64,000 bases of DNA from Candidatus Bathyarchaeum sp. GTDB lineage: Archaea; Thermoproteota; Bathyarchaeia; Bathyarchaeales; Bathyarchaeaceae. The position numbers were made by a program, and so were the translations under genes. This document shows, piece after piece, positions 8,274 through 17,703 of the stretch. How positions within the stretch are numbered: the first letter of the stretch is position 1; the number at the start of each line of letters is the position of its first letter. The notes under the pieces are model-generated. The model searched no databases. It was not told the DNA's origin and saw only the letters and a list, made by a program, of their open reading frames with translations. The stretch covers positions 3,886 through 67,885 of the forward strand of contig JAOZIF010000136.1 in NCBI GenBank assembly GCA_026014495.1, written 5' to 3'.

Positions 8274-9787
8274 TATATTCCCAACCTAGCCTTTCGGAAG
8301 ACACGAGTGGGATCAGCATAATACTCTCTGATAACCGAAACTACGTCGGTGTACTTGCGAATCCCCTGTTTTACCATCCAATCTAAAACCGTTTTTCTTT
8401 GATTGAGTTCAGTTTGAACCTCTTTCTCATTAAGCCCCTTGCGTTTCATTCTCTCTTGTATCAGGTGACTATGCCCCGAATAAACAAAGGAATCAGTTCT
8501 CGCATCCCACCGGTACACCTCATGCGTTAAAAGTTCCCTTGTCTTAGGGTCTATCCCAACAATCTCAGTTATTGAACGCGTTCTTCGAACAGGTTTTCCA
8601 TCAACTTCAGTTCGCAACTGAACAGGAATGGCATTAATCATTGTTAAGAGCGGTCTTGGGATGTTCATTGGTTCTGACTCCAAACGGTGAATAACTGAAC
8701 TCGCAGATTCACCGTGGATTGTTCCCATTCCTAGGTGTCCTGTTGCCATGGCTTGGAACAGCGTATATGCTTCTTCTCCTCGAACTTCTCCTACAATCAG
8801 ATAGTCTGGTCTTTGCCTGACTGCTGCCCTCAAAAGGTCAAAGAGTGTAACACTTCCAGATCCTTTTGGATCATGACCAAATCCTGTTCTTGCAACTGAT
8901 GGAATCCAGTTTTCATGGGGCAAATTTAGTTCTGCAGTATCTTCTACGCTGACCAGCTTTAGTCCAGGTTTGATGAACATCGAAAAACAGTTGAGTATAG
9001 TCGTTTTTCCTGCGGCAACGCCTCCTGCTACAAGGAAGGAGGCTCTGTTTTCGATGGCAAACCAAAAATATGCACCCATCTCTGAGGAGATTGTGCCAAG
9101 GGAGATTAAATCAGAAATTGTTAGTGGGTCAACACGGAAGCGCCTTATCGTGAATGTTGAGCCTCTTCGTGTAATTTCGCTTCCGTAGGTCATCTGTATT
9201 CGGCTACCGTCTGGTAGGGAAGCATCAAGAATAGGCATTGCAAGAGAGATGTTTTTTTTCGTTAAGTAAGCCAATCTTACGATGAACGAGTTTAGTTCTG
9301 TGCTATTTTTGAAGATAATGTTTGTTGGAAGTGATTCGTAGTCGCGGTGCCAAACGTAGATTGGTATGTTGACTCCGTCTGCTGAGATGTCCTCGATTAG
9401 TGGGTCTTTCATGAGTGGGTCTATTTTTCCGTAGCCTAGAAAGTCGCGTATAATGTAGTATGTTAACTTATCAACGGCTTCCTCGTCGATTTTCAGGCGG
9501 TAATCTGTGATGACTTCATGAATTTTTGCTTTCAGATACTCTTCAGCCTTGGTTCTTGTTCCAATTTCTTTAAGATTAACATCGATTTCCTCAACAAGTA
9601 TTCCTTTTAGTTCTTTGAGTTGCTCTTCCTCTTCTTTGAGAAGCGTAGGTTCAATCAATTCATACTTTATTCGTTGAGTATTTGGTTCAGTAACAACTGC
9701 GGCGTATACGTAGGGCTCATCAATTGGATATACCTCTCGGAAAACGGAAGCTTTTCTTTCCGTTATGGATTTTGAGTTAGTTTTCAT
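8273..9787 (-). CDS. Type II/IV secretion-family ATPase (FlaI/TadA/VirB11-like) of an archaeal type IV pilus
   Basis: 504 aa. Walker A GGVAAGKTT, Walker B/Asp box PDYLIVGEVRGEE, His box GHLGMGTIHG. Confidence 0.9.
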   Translation of the reverse strand: MKTNSKSITERKASVFREVYPIDEPYVYAAVVTEPNTQRIKYELIEPTLLKEEEEQLKELKGILVEEIDVNLKEIGTRTKAEEYLKAKIHEVITDYRLKIDEEAVDKLTYYIIRDFLGYGKIDPLMKDPLIEDISADGVNIPIYVWHRDYESLPTNIIFKNSTELNSFIVRLAYLTKKNISLAMPILDASLPDGSRIQMTYGSEITRRGSTFTIRRFRVDPLTISDLISLGTISSEMGAYFWFAIENRASFLVAGGVAAGKTTILNCFSMFIKPGLKLVSVEDTAELNLPHENWIPSVARTGFGHDPKGSGSVTLFDLLRAAVRQRPDYLIVGEVRGEEAYTLFQAMATGHLGMGTIHGESASSVIHRLESEPMNIPRPLLTMINAIPVQLRTEVDGKPVRRTRSITEIVGIDPKTRELLTHEVYRWDARTDSFVYSGHSHLIQERMKRKGLNEKEVQTELNQRKTVLDWMVKQGIRKYTDVVSVIREYYADPTRVFRKARLGI

Positions 9788-9862
9788 TCGCCCTCACATT
9801 TACTCCGATTCTCAATTAATCCACTGGCTAATTGGCAGATGGAGCCTGTTCGTTGTTGTAGT

Positions 9863-9908
9863 ACAAAAAATAGGGCATATTAAGACTTAATAAAACCTAT
9901 GTATTCGG
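9863..9908 (-). repeat. Possible degenerate half-copy (R8) of the ~60-bp repeat
   Basis: ACAAAAAATAGGGCATATTAAGACTTAATAAAACC parallels ACAAAAACCAGCCAAGCATATTAGGAGACTAATAGAGG of R1, and keeps a palindrome TATTAAG-A-CTTAATA. The GTTTTCAACAAT half is not recognisable. Confidence 0.3.
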
Positions 9909-9935
9909 AATCACTTGCCAAAATCAATCAAAAAA

Positions 9936-11714
9936 CTAAGCTGCCCAAAAAGGAGACTCGGCACGCCTAATTTCAACAAACTCGTTTAGGGCTTCAATTT
10001 CTTCAGCCGACAAGCGATCTTCGAACTTGGTCAAAAGTAGCTTTGCATGAGATTCAGGCACTTTAACATAGAAATTTTCTCCTTCATGGATGTGTCGTCC
10101 TACGACTGTTTTGCCTAATGAAACTGCTACTTGTGAGCCGACACCCGATTCTGAAGCTGCTTTGCCTTTGTCTTGAATTTGTAAGATTTCTCCTACGTTA
10201 CGTCCGTCCTCTTTGGTGAGAACTTGTTTTGGTTTTATTTTTCCTGCCAAAACTTCAACGCCGATAACTGCGGGTTTTGCTTTTCGGAACACATATCCGG
10301 GAAGAAACTTGACTTTGGCGGGTTTGACCAGTCTGTTGAATTCTTCTTCAAGTCTTGTTTCGTCCTCTTGTTTGAGCCATGCTAGGTATTCATCTATGAG
10401 GCTGTAAATGGTTCTTTCATTGAATATGCGGATATCGCGGTTTCTTGCTTCTTCTTCGGCGTCAGGCAAAACCTTAACGTTGAATGCTAGAATAACTCCA
10501 TGAAGTGGCTCTCGTTCTTTGACAACTGCTGCCTCAGTTACGTCACGTCTGGATACATCACCAACGTCAGCCAGCTTTATTGGAACGTTGTTTCGTTTCA
10601 GGCTTTCGGCAATTGCTTCAAGAGAGCCCAAGGCGTCAGTTTTTAAAACAATGCCGTCTAGGTCAGTTGTGATTTTGATTTGTTCGACCTCTTCTGAGAC
10701 CAGCTTCATGTATTGTTCAAGTTGATCTTCAGATGGAACCGCATACAATGGGGCGCCTGCTAATGTGTCCTCAAGGTTTGGTGCTGCAATCTTTACTCCA
10801 GCTGCAGCTGAAACAGAAGTAACTGAAGAAAACTTGTCTCGGGGGTCTCTGATTTCGTCTAGGGGCTTAGGCAAGAAAACTGCACGAATGTTTGTTACAA
10901 TCGGTTTTTCTTTGGCGCCAACAACTATGAGGTCGCCTTTTTGTAGTGTTCCATCGTAAATAATCACGTTGGCTGTGATTCCTAATCCTGGCTCTTCTTT
11001 AACCTCTAGGACTGTTCCTTTTGCTGGTCCTTCTGTTGTTTTGAGCCTAGCCTTTAGGTACTGTTGGGTCAAACCTACAAGGACAGTTAAAAGTTCAGGT
11101 ATGCCTTCTCCTGTTGTTGCGCTTGTGGGGACGATGGCGATTGTTTTGGTGAAGTCTTTTACGTTGTTGAATTTGTCTGTTCTAAATCCTAGTCTAGAAA
11201 ATGTTCCCATGATTCGGTACAGGTTTTCGTCTAGGGCTTGCTGAACGTATGGGTCTTGGTCTTTATATGATGCTGAAAATGTTTCGTCTGGGTGAGGTTT
11301 CCATCCTGGTATGCGGTCAATTTTGTTTGCTGCCACAAGGAATGGCGTCTTTTTTTCTTTGAGGATTTCGATGCACTCGTAGGTTTGTGCCTCAAATCCC
11401 CTTACCACGTCGACTACAAGAATTGCGATGTCGGCTACTGCGCCGCCTCTTTTTCTTAGGTTAACAAAGGCTTCATGGCCTGGGGTGTCGATGACCAGTA
11501 GTCCTGGAAGCTGTACGTCTTTTTTCAGTCCCTTAAACAGTGGTCCACAGATTTTGGCTATGGTGTCTACTGGAAAGTAGCTTGCGCCGATGTGTTGGGT
11601 GATTCCTCCGACTTCGCGGTCTTGGACGCTACTTTTTCTAATTTTGTCAAGTAGTTTAGTCTTTCCGGCGTCTATGTGGCCTAGAACTGAAACGATGGGT
11701 TGTCTTATCGGCAA
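9936..11714 (-). CDS. infB: Translation initiation factor aIF5B (IF-2 family GTPase)
   Basis: 592 aa with a TTG start. G1 GHIDAGKT, G3 DTPGHEAF, G4 NKID, with full-length collinearity to aIF5B. Confidence 0.95.
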   Translation of the reverse strand: MPIRQPIVSVLGHIDAGKTKLLDKIRKSSVQDREVGGITQHIGASYFPVDTIAKICGPLFKGLKKDVQLPGLLVIDTPGHEAFVNLRKRGGAVADIAILVVDVVRGFEAQTYECIEILKEKKTPFLVAANKIDRIPGWKPHPDETFSASYKDQDPYVQQALDENLYRIMGTFSRLGFRTDKFNNVKDFTKTIAIVPTSATTGEGIPELLTVLVGLTQQYLKARLKTTEGPAKGTVLEVKEEPGLGITANVIIYDGTLQKGDLIVVGAKEKPIVTNIRAVFLPKPLDEIRDPRDKFSSVTSVSAAAGVKIAAPNLEDTLAGAPLYAVPSEDQLEQYMKLVSEEVEQIKITTDLDGIVLKTDALGSLEAIAESLKRNNVPIKLADVGDVSRRDVTEAAVVKEREPLHGVILAFNVKVLPDAEEEARNRDIRIFNERTIYSLIDEYLAWLKQEDETRLEEEFNRLVKPAKVKFLPGYVFRKAKPAVIGVEVLAGKIKPKQVLTKEDGRNVGEILQIQDKGKAASESGVGSQVAVSLGKTVVGRHIHEGENFYVKVPESHAKLLLTKFEDRLSAEEIEALNEFVEIRRAESPFWAA

Positions 11715-11812
11715 GGGGGGTTTCTCCTCTAGTTTAATTTGAGTGATTGGTTGCTTTTAGGTTATGCTCTAAGTGTTTTAATGAAAAGATAATAGGCGCG
11801 GTTTGTTTAGGC

Positions 11813-12457
11813 TTATTTTATGTTTTGAAGATGTTTTTTGCATTGGCTGATTATTTTTTCGATTTCTTCAATCGGGTAGTTTGCGTCGATGTCTGCTATC
11901 AAACCTTTTTTTCGAAGATAGTCAGCAACGGGTTGTGTTTTTTCGCGGTATACTTCTAGCCTGTTTTTGATGACTTCTGGTTTTTCGTCTGCGCGTTGGA
12001 CTAGTCTTCCGCTGCATTGGTCGCATATGCCTTCAATTGTTGGGGGTACGTTTTTTGTGTGATAGATTGCTCCGCATTTGTTGCAGGTTCTTCGTCCGCC
12101 GATGCGTTCCATTATAACTTCGTCAGGGGCGATAAAGTTGAGGGCAACGTCGATTTTTTTGAATTTCATCATGGCTTGTGCTTGAGGAACTGTTCTGGGG
12201 TATCCGTCAAGAATAAAGCCGTTTTTGCAGTCGTCTTCTTCTAGTCTGCTTTTTACTAGTTCGATGACTGTTTCGTCTGGAACAAGGTTGCCACTGGATA
12301 CGTAGCTTTTTATTTTTTTGCCTAGTTCAGTTTGGTTCTTTATTGCTCTGCGGAAAAGGTCTCCAACAGAGATTGTTGGGATGTCATACTTTTTTGAGAG
12401 AACTCCTGCGTATGTTCCTTTGCCTACGCCCGGAGGACCAAGAACTACAATATTCAT
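11813..12457 (-). CDS. adk: Adenylate kinase (long, zinc-lid type)
   Basis: 214 aa. P-loop GPPGVGKGT and a lid with CNKCG...CDQCSG. Confidence 0.9.
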   Translation of the reverse strand: MNIVVLGPPGVGKGTYAGVLSKKYDIPTISVGDLFRRAIKNQTELGKKIKSYVSSGNLVPDETVIELVKSRLEEDDCKNGFILDGYPRTVPQAQAMMKFKKIDVALNFIAPDEVIMERIGGRRTCNKCGAIYHTKNVPPTIEGICDQCSGRLVQRADEKPEVIKNRLEVYREKTQPVADYLRKKGLIADIDANYPIEEIEKIISQCKKHLQNIK

Positions 12458-12513
12458 AGTCGTTCACCAAACTTTTATGGTTACCTTGACTTTGAAAGGG
12501 GATAACCTTTCAG

Positions 12514-12711
12514 TTATGCTCTCCCTTTTTCTTCCTTTCCGAAGTATTTTGTCCACTTAACTTTGCGGGAGTCTCGTTTCAAGTCGATTGCGCTTTTTCT
12601 GCATTTGTTGGAACAGAACCACACTGTTGTTCCGTCATTTTTGATGTACATCATTCCGGTGCCTGGTGGAAACTCGTGTCCACAAAAAGAACATTCTCTT
12701 GTTTTTGGCAC
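12514..12711 (-). CDS. rpl24e: Ribosomal protein eL24 (L24e)
   Basis: 65 aa. CSFCGHEFPPGTGMMYIKNDGTTVWFCSNKCRK is the L24e zinc-ribbon signature. Confidence 0.9.
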   Translation of the reverse strand: MPKTRECSFCGHEFPPGTGMMYIKNDGTTVWFCSNKCRKSAIDLKRDSRKVKWTKYFGKEEKGRA

Positions 12712-12731
12712 TGGTCATTCTTCCTCTAATT

Positions 12732-12953
12732 TTATCTTCTGAGTCGTTTTGCTTCTCTTTCGGTGTCTCGTAGGACTAGAATGTCGTTAGCGCGCACTGG
12801 ACCTTTTACGTTCCTTGTTATGATGCGGCCTTTGTCCATTCCTTCAAGAACTCGGACTCTCACTTGGGTGATTTCGCCAGTGAGTCCTGTTCTTCCAACA
12901 ACCTGAATGACTTCTGCGGGAACTAGTTCATCAGGTGCCTCTTTTTTGCTCAT
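12732..12953 (-). CDS. rps28e: Ribosomal protein eS28 (S28e)
   Basis: 73 aa. [27 protein letters not shown]...[10 protein letters not shown] is typical of S28e. Confidence 0.9.
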   Translation of the reverse strand: MSKKEAPDELVPAEVIQVVGRTGLTGEITQVRVRVLEGMDKGRIITRNVKGPVRANDILVLRDTEREAKRLRR

Positions 12954-13345
12954 TCACTAGAGCCCTTCTGTTTTAGTTCCTCGAGTCTGGTTGAGATTTC
13001 CTTTATCAGTGCTACTGCTTCGCCGACGTTGGCGATTGCAGCTGCGGCTGAGGAGACTTCTATTCCTGAGGAGATCCCAAGTTTTTCTCTGCTTGGTACA
13101 AATACGTAGGGGATTTTTCGTTCCTCACATAGGAGTGGGAGATGTGCTACAACTTCCGGAGGGTCTACGTCGTTTGCTATGACGACAAGTTTTGCTTGTC
13201 CTCTTTCTACGGATTTTGTTGTTTCGTTTGTTCCTATTCTAACAGACCCTGTTCGGTTGGCTATTTGCAGGGCTTCATAGGCTGCATCTGCCACCTCGTC
13301 GGGAACTTCAAATTTTGCGTAAAATGGTTTTGACATATGCCTCAC
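12950..13345 (-). CDS. rpl7ae: Ribosomal protein L7Ae (eL8; K-turn binding)
   Basis: 131 aa. [38 protein letters not shown] is the L7Ae core. Confidence 0.9.
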   Translation of the reverse strand: MRHMSKPFYAKFEVPDEVADAAYEALQIANRTGSVRIGTNETTKSVERGQAKLVVIANDVDPPEVVAHLPLLCEERKIPYVFVPSREKLGISSGIEVSSAAAAIANVGEAVALIKEISTRLEELKQKGSSE

Positions 13346-13455
13346 CCTTATTTTTCAAGTGCTGAGTTAATCGGAGACAGGGTTTATGAATGTTTCGACC
13401 TGAGGGCTAGTGTTCTACATTAACTAGTTTGGTTTTGGTGTTTTTGTTGCGTGAA

Positions 13456-13510
13456 TTTTTTCTGAAAAAAGGTTGTTTTCAACAATGTACCTCTATTAGT
13501 ATCCTAATAG
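13456..13510 (+). repeat. Copy R3 of the ~60-bp intergenic repeat
   Basis: TTTTCTGAAAAAAGGTTGTTTTCAACAATGTACCTCTATTAG (42 nt) is identical to the copy at 55151. It is followed by TATCCTAATAG, completing a 7-bp stem CTATTAG/CTAATAG. Confidence 0.9.
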
Positions 13511-13596
13511 GGCTCTGGTTCTTTTTGGTCATTATCTGCTGTTTTGTTGGTTTGTGAGCAGTGTAACTTATAAGAAAACTTTGCATTTGGTCAAGT

Positions 13597-14685
13597 GTGG
13601 AATGTGCTGTGTCTAAGAAGCTTACTTACTCTGAGGCGGGCGTGGACAGGAAAACAAGAGCAAAATCTAAAGAAGCGCTCTCGATGTTGAAGAAAACATA
13701 CACTTTAGGCAAGTTTGGTAAGGTTGTTCAGCTTCCGTACGGTAACATCTTTCTTGCGGGTGACCGTTACTTGGACCTTGTCATTGAGGGTGTTGGCACC
13801 AAGGTTCTTCTTGCCCAGTTAGCAGACAAATACGACACAATTGGGGTAGATGGGGTTGCCATGGCAGTTAATGATGTGATACGGTCAGGTGCTACGCCGT
13901 TGGCTTTGGTTGACAATTTTCATGCTCACGTTTCTGACCCAGATTTGGTTAGGGAGTGGCTAAAGGGCATAGTAAAGGGTGCAGAAGAATCCGATTGTCC
14001 AGTTCCAGGAGGCGAAATCGGCGATGTTGCAGCCATAATAAAGGGGTTAACAGTGGGGAAGGGCTTTGATTTGATTGTTGCCAGCGTAGGCGATGTTCTA
14101 GAGGAGGACATTATCACTGGAACAACAATAAAAGAGGGCGATGTTGTTGTGGGAATGAGAAGCTCAGGCGTTCACAGCAACGGAATATCCTTGGTCAGAA
14201 AAGTTCTTTTCAAAACGTGGGGCGGCAAATATGAACCGTTTGATGTCCCAGACGGCTTTGACAGAGAAGTTGTCTTTGAGGCGCTAGAACCTACAAAAAT
14301 TTATGTCAAGTCATTCCTGAACACCACAAAACAGGTCAACGTGAAAGGTGCAATTCACATTACAGGAGACGCATACGTCAAGTTTGACAGGTTCATGAAA
14401 CACTCCACGGGAATAGGGTTTGAATTTACGAATTTTAAGCCGCAACCAATTTTTGAGTTGATTCAGCGGACAGCTCCTGAGATTGGAGGTGAAATAACAG
14501 ATGAAGAGATGCTTAAAACCTTCAACATGGGCTGGGGCTTTGCTGTGCTAGTAGACAAAAACGATGCAGATGAGGCAATTTCTGTCCTTGAGAAAAGTGG
14601 AGTAGAAGCGGAACGTATCGGAAAGGTTACGGGCTCAGGAAAAATTGTTGCTCACTATAAAGATAAAAAACTGGAACTACGGTAA
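13597..14685 (+). CDS. purM: Phosphoribosylformylglycinamidine cyclo-ligase (AIR synthetase)
   Basis: 362 aa with a GTG start (an alternative GTG lies at 13609). LTYSEAGVD, GVDGVAMAVNDV and SGVHSNG are PurM motifs. Confidence 0.9.
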   Translation: MECAVSKKLTYSEAGVDRKTRAKSKEALSMLKKTYTLGKFGKVVQLPYGNIFLAGDRYLDLVIEGVGTKVLLAQLADKYDTIGVDGVAMAVNDVIRSGATPLALVDNFHAHVSDPDLVREWLKGIVKGAEESDCPVPGGEIGDVAAIIKGLTVGKGFDLIVASVGDVLEEDIITGTTIKEGDVVVGMRSSGVHSNGISLVRKVLFKTWGGKYEPFDVPDGFDREVVFEALEPTKIYVKSFLNTTKQVNVKGAIHITGDAYVKFDRFMKHSTGIGFEFTNFKPQPIFELIQRTAPEIGGEITDEEMLKTFNMGWGFAVLVDKNDADEAISVLEKSGVEAERIGKVTGSGKIVAHYKDKKLELR

Positions 14686-14770
14686 CATTTTGAATTGGGT
14701 TGTGCTGGTTTGAAATCCGTTAATGTTGTTTGGTGAGTTATTCAACTTGGATTCAATTTGTGTGTAGAGA

Positions 14771-14912
14771 AAACTTATAAATTGGGATGGATAATCCATC
14801 CATGTAGAAGGGGTAAAGCAAGGGTGGGACAGACTTTGGAAAGTGATCATGCTCGGTGACGACATGAAGGTTTTTTCATTTTTCCCTACTTTAACTTTCC
14901 AAAGTCCAACCA
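14771..14912 (+). other. Structured non-coding segment in the purM-purS spacer (candidate sRNA or 3'-UTR/terminator structure)
   Basis: TATA-like AACTTATAAATT at 14771-14782. Perfect 7-bp hairpin GGATGGA-TAA-TCCATCC at 14784-14800. Perfect 13-bp inverted repeat GACTTTGGAAAGT (14831-14843) / ACTTTCCAAAGTC (14893-14905), enclosing ATGAA-GGTTTT-TTCAT plus a T5 tract. Confidence 0.25.
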
Positions 14913-15079
14913 AAAAAAAACACAGACAATTGATACATACAACCATCTTTTAACAAACCTACAGACCTGTAATACATAGCCTGAAAAACGGGAACATCAA
15001 AACTCACACAGAGTTTAACTTTTCATATCAATTTTGTTTCGACAACATTTAAATTTTGATTTTTTCACTAACAATCACA

Positions 15080-15328
15080 ATGTATCGCGCAAAAATCGAA
15101 GTCAGTCTCAAACAGGGGCACTCCGACCCTGAGGGAGAAATGACGGCTCAATCCTTAAAGGAATTAAAGTTTTCCGCCAAAAAAGTCAACGTAAGCAAGG
15201 TCTACATAGTAGTTTTTGAGGCAGAATCCAAACAGAAAGCCGAGGAGGCGGTGGAGGGGATGTGTCGAAAACTTCTTGCTAACCCAACAAAGGATAACTA
15301 CAGTTACGTAATAGAGGAAGAAAAATGA
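15080..15328 (+). CDS. purS: Phosphoribosylformylglycinamidine synthase subunit PurS
   Basis: MYRAKIEVSLKQGHSDPEG... is the typical PurS N-terminus. I prefer the ATG at 15080 over the TTG at 15056. The gene overlaps the purL start. Confidence 0.85.
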   Translation: MYRAKIEVSLKQGHSDPEGEMTAQSLKELKFSAKKVNVSKVYIVVFEAESKQKAEEAVEGMCRKLLANPTKDNYSYVIEEEK

Positions 15329-17700
15329 GTCGTTACGTCAAAAAAGACGTGCCCTTTGAACTGGTAGAAATAGATTTGAAAACCGCTGATGATGGGCAGC
15401 TTATCGAAATCAGTGGTGAGTTGGGAATAGGCTTAAACTTAACTGAAATGAAGCTTGTTCAAAGCTATTTTTCTAGAAAGAAACGTAATCCTACAGATGT
15501 GGAGCTTCAGACTATTGGTCAAACGTGGTCTGAGCATTGTTACCATAAAACCTTCAAGGGCGACATATCAACGCCAAATGAGCAAATCAGAAGCCTATTC
15601 AAAACATACATTGCAAGAGCAACCGAAGAACTTGACCCCGACTGGTGTATTTCAGTTTTTGAGGACAATGCGGGCATTATTGATTTTGAGAAAAACTATG
15701 CCATAGCTGCAAAGGTTGAAACGCATAATCATCCGTCTGCGATTGAGCCGTTTGGTGGAGCAGCAACGGGAACAGGTGGAGTGATACGTGATATACTTGC
15801 GGTGTGGGCTGATCCGATAGCATGCACGGATGTGCTGTGTTTTGGTCCTCTGGATTATGATTACAGTAAGCTTCCTGCTGGAACAAAGCATCCAAAATAT
15901 GTTTACAGTGGCGTGGTTGCTGGGATTGGCAGCTACGGAAACAACATGGGAATCCCAACAGTGAATGGTGCCATAAATTTTGATGAAAGCTATGTTGGCA
16001 ACGTGGTTGTTTATTGTGGCTGTGTTGGGCTTCTTCCTAAAGACAAGTTTGTAAAAGATACAAGAGCAGGAGATGTTGCTCTTCTTGTTGGCGGAGAAAC
16101 AGGAAGAGATGGAATCCACGGCGTAACCTTTGCATCTGCAGAATTAACCAAAGAGTCCGAGGAAATCTCCAGACCTGCAGTTCAAATCGCAAATCCCATA
16201 GAAGAAGAACGAGTCAAACGAGCAATTAACAGGCTACGGGACGCGGGTTTAGGCTCAGCCATAACCGACATCGGTGGAGGCGGAATCTCGTGCGGAACTG
16301 GAGAGATGGCTGAGCGCTCAAATCTTGGAATTCACGTTTACCTCGAAAAGATTCCGCTAAAGTATCAGGGCTTGGCGCCATGGGAAATATATGTCTCTGA
16401 ATCGCAGGAAAGGATGCTGCTGTCTGTTTCAGAGAAAAATCTAAAGAAAGCTTTGGAAGTTTTTGAAACCGAAAACGTGAAGGCAAGCCCCATAGGCAAA
16501 TTCACAACTGACGGAATCCTAAAAGTAACATACAAAGGACAAACCGTTGCAGAACTGGACATCGACTTTGTTTTTAATCCACCAAAATTTGTGGGCACCA
16601 CAGACTGGCAGCCCCCAAAACTGGATGAACCAACGTTTCCAGAGCCAGCAGACTTGACCAAAGAACTGTGGGGGATGCTGTCTATGCCAAACATCGCAAG
16701 CAAAGAATCGGTCATACGAACCTACGACCACGAAGTTAAAGGCAACACAGTGCTAAAGCCGCTGCAAAGCAAGTATGGTGGACCAAACGATGCGGCAGTT
16801 CTAAAACCGCTACCTGATTCATGGAAAGGCGTAGTTATTTCGTCTGGACTAAACACTAACTACGGAAAAATTGACCCATACTGGATGGCAGCCTCAAGCA
16901 TAGATGAGGCAATACGAAACAATGTGGCGGTTGGTGGACGAAGAATAGCGCTGCTTGATAACTTCACGTGGGGTAATCCTCAGAAGCCTGACAGGCTAGG
17001 TTCACTAGTAAGCGCATGTAAAGCCTGTTACGATTTTGCCAAGGGCTTTCAGACACCTTTCATTTCAGGAAAAGACAGCCTGTATAACGAATCGCCCATA
17101 GGACCAGTAACACCCACGTTGCTAATTACTGCAATCGGGATAACCCCTGACGTAAGAAAAACGGTTTCTATGGAACTTAAACAGCCCAAAAACAGCATCT
17201 ACATGGTCGGAAAAACTTACCCTGAGCTGGGAGGCAGCCAGTACTACCAAAACAAGGGAATCCTAGGAAACACGGTTCCAAAAGTGAGAATGGCTCAGGC
17301 AAAAAACACTATGGACCAGATTACAAAATCCATCGACAACGGGTACCTCAGGGCATGTCACGACCTGTCCGAGGGGGGCTTGGCGGTTGCGGCTGCGGAG
17401 ATGGCGTTTAGTAGCGGATATGGGATAGAGTTGGACCTAAACAAGGTGCCCAGAACCGAGCAAATGTCCAGAAACGATTTTGTGTTATTCTCGGAGTCAA
17501 ACAGCAGATTTTTAGTTGAAGTAACACAAAAACGCAAAACAGAATTCGAGGCACTAATGAAAGGTGTGTACTGCGCTGAAATTGGCACAGTAACAAACGA
17601 TGAAGTTATGTCGGTTACTGGCTTGGACGGCAAACAGGTACTCCATGCTGACATACCAGAGTTGAGGAGACGCTGGAAAAGCGCCCTAGGAGGAAAATAA
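15325..17700 (+). CDS. purL: Phosphoribosylformylglycinamidine synthase II
   Basis: 791 aa. TWSEHCYHKTF, ETHNHPSAIEPFGGAATG and the duplicated AIR-synthase-like fold are present. Confidence 0.95.
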   Translation: MSRYVKKDVPFELVEIDLKTADDGQLIEISGELGIGLNLTEMKLVQSYFSRKKRNPTDVELQTIGQTWSEHCYHKTFKGDISTPNEQIRSLFKTYIARATEELDPDWCISVFEDNAGIIDFEKNYAIAAKVETHNHPSAIEPFGGAATGTGGVIRDILAVWADPIACTDVLCFGPLDYDYSKLPAGTKHPKYVYSGVVAGIGSYGNNMGIPTVNGAINFDESYVGNVVVYCGCVGLLPKDKFVKDTRAGDVALLVGGETGRDGIHGVTFASAELTKESEEISRPAVQIANPIEEERVKRAINRLRDAGLGSAITDIGGGGISCGTGEMAERSNLGIHVYLEKIPLKYQGLAPWEIYVSESQERMLLSVSEKNLKKALEVFETENVKASPIGKFTTDGILKVTYKGQTVAELDIDFVFNPPKFVGTTDWQPPKLDEPTFPEPADLTKELWGMLSMPNIASKESVIRTYDHEVKGNTVLKPLQSKYGGPNDAAVLKPLPDSWKGVVISSGLNTNYGKIDPYWMAASSIDEAIRNNVAVGGRRIALLDNFTWGNPQKPDRLGSLVSACKACYDFAKGFQTPFISGKDSLYNESPIGPVTPTLLITAIGITPDVRKTVSMELKQPKNSIYMVGKTYPELGGSQYYQNKGILGNTVPKVRMAQAKNTMDQITKSIDNGYLRACHDLSEGGLAVAAAEMAFSSGYGIELDLNKVPRTEQMSRNDFVLFSESNSRFLVEVTQKRKTEFEALMKGVYCAEIGTVTNDEVMSVTGLDGKQVLHADIPELRRRWKSALGGK

Positions 17701-17703
17701 ATC

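Noticed and set aside
14677-14946. 89-aa minus-strand ORF in the purM-purS spacer.
   Set aside because: It has an implausible composition (Cys/Phe-rich N-terminus), runs antisense through hairpins and homopolymer tracts, has no start context, and overlaps the purM stop. The region is better explained as structured non-coding DNA.
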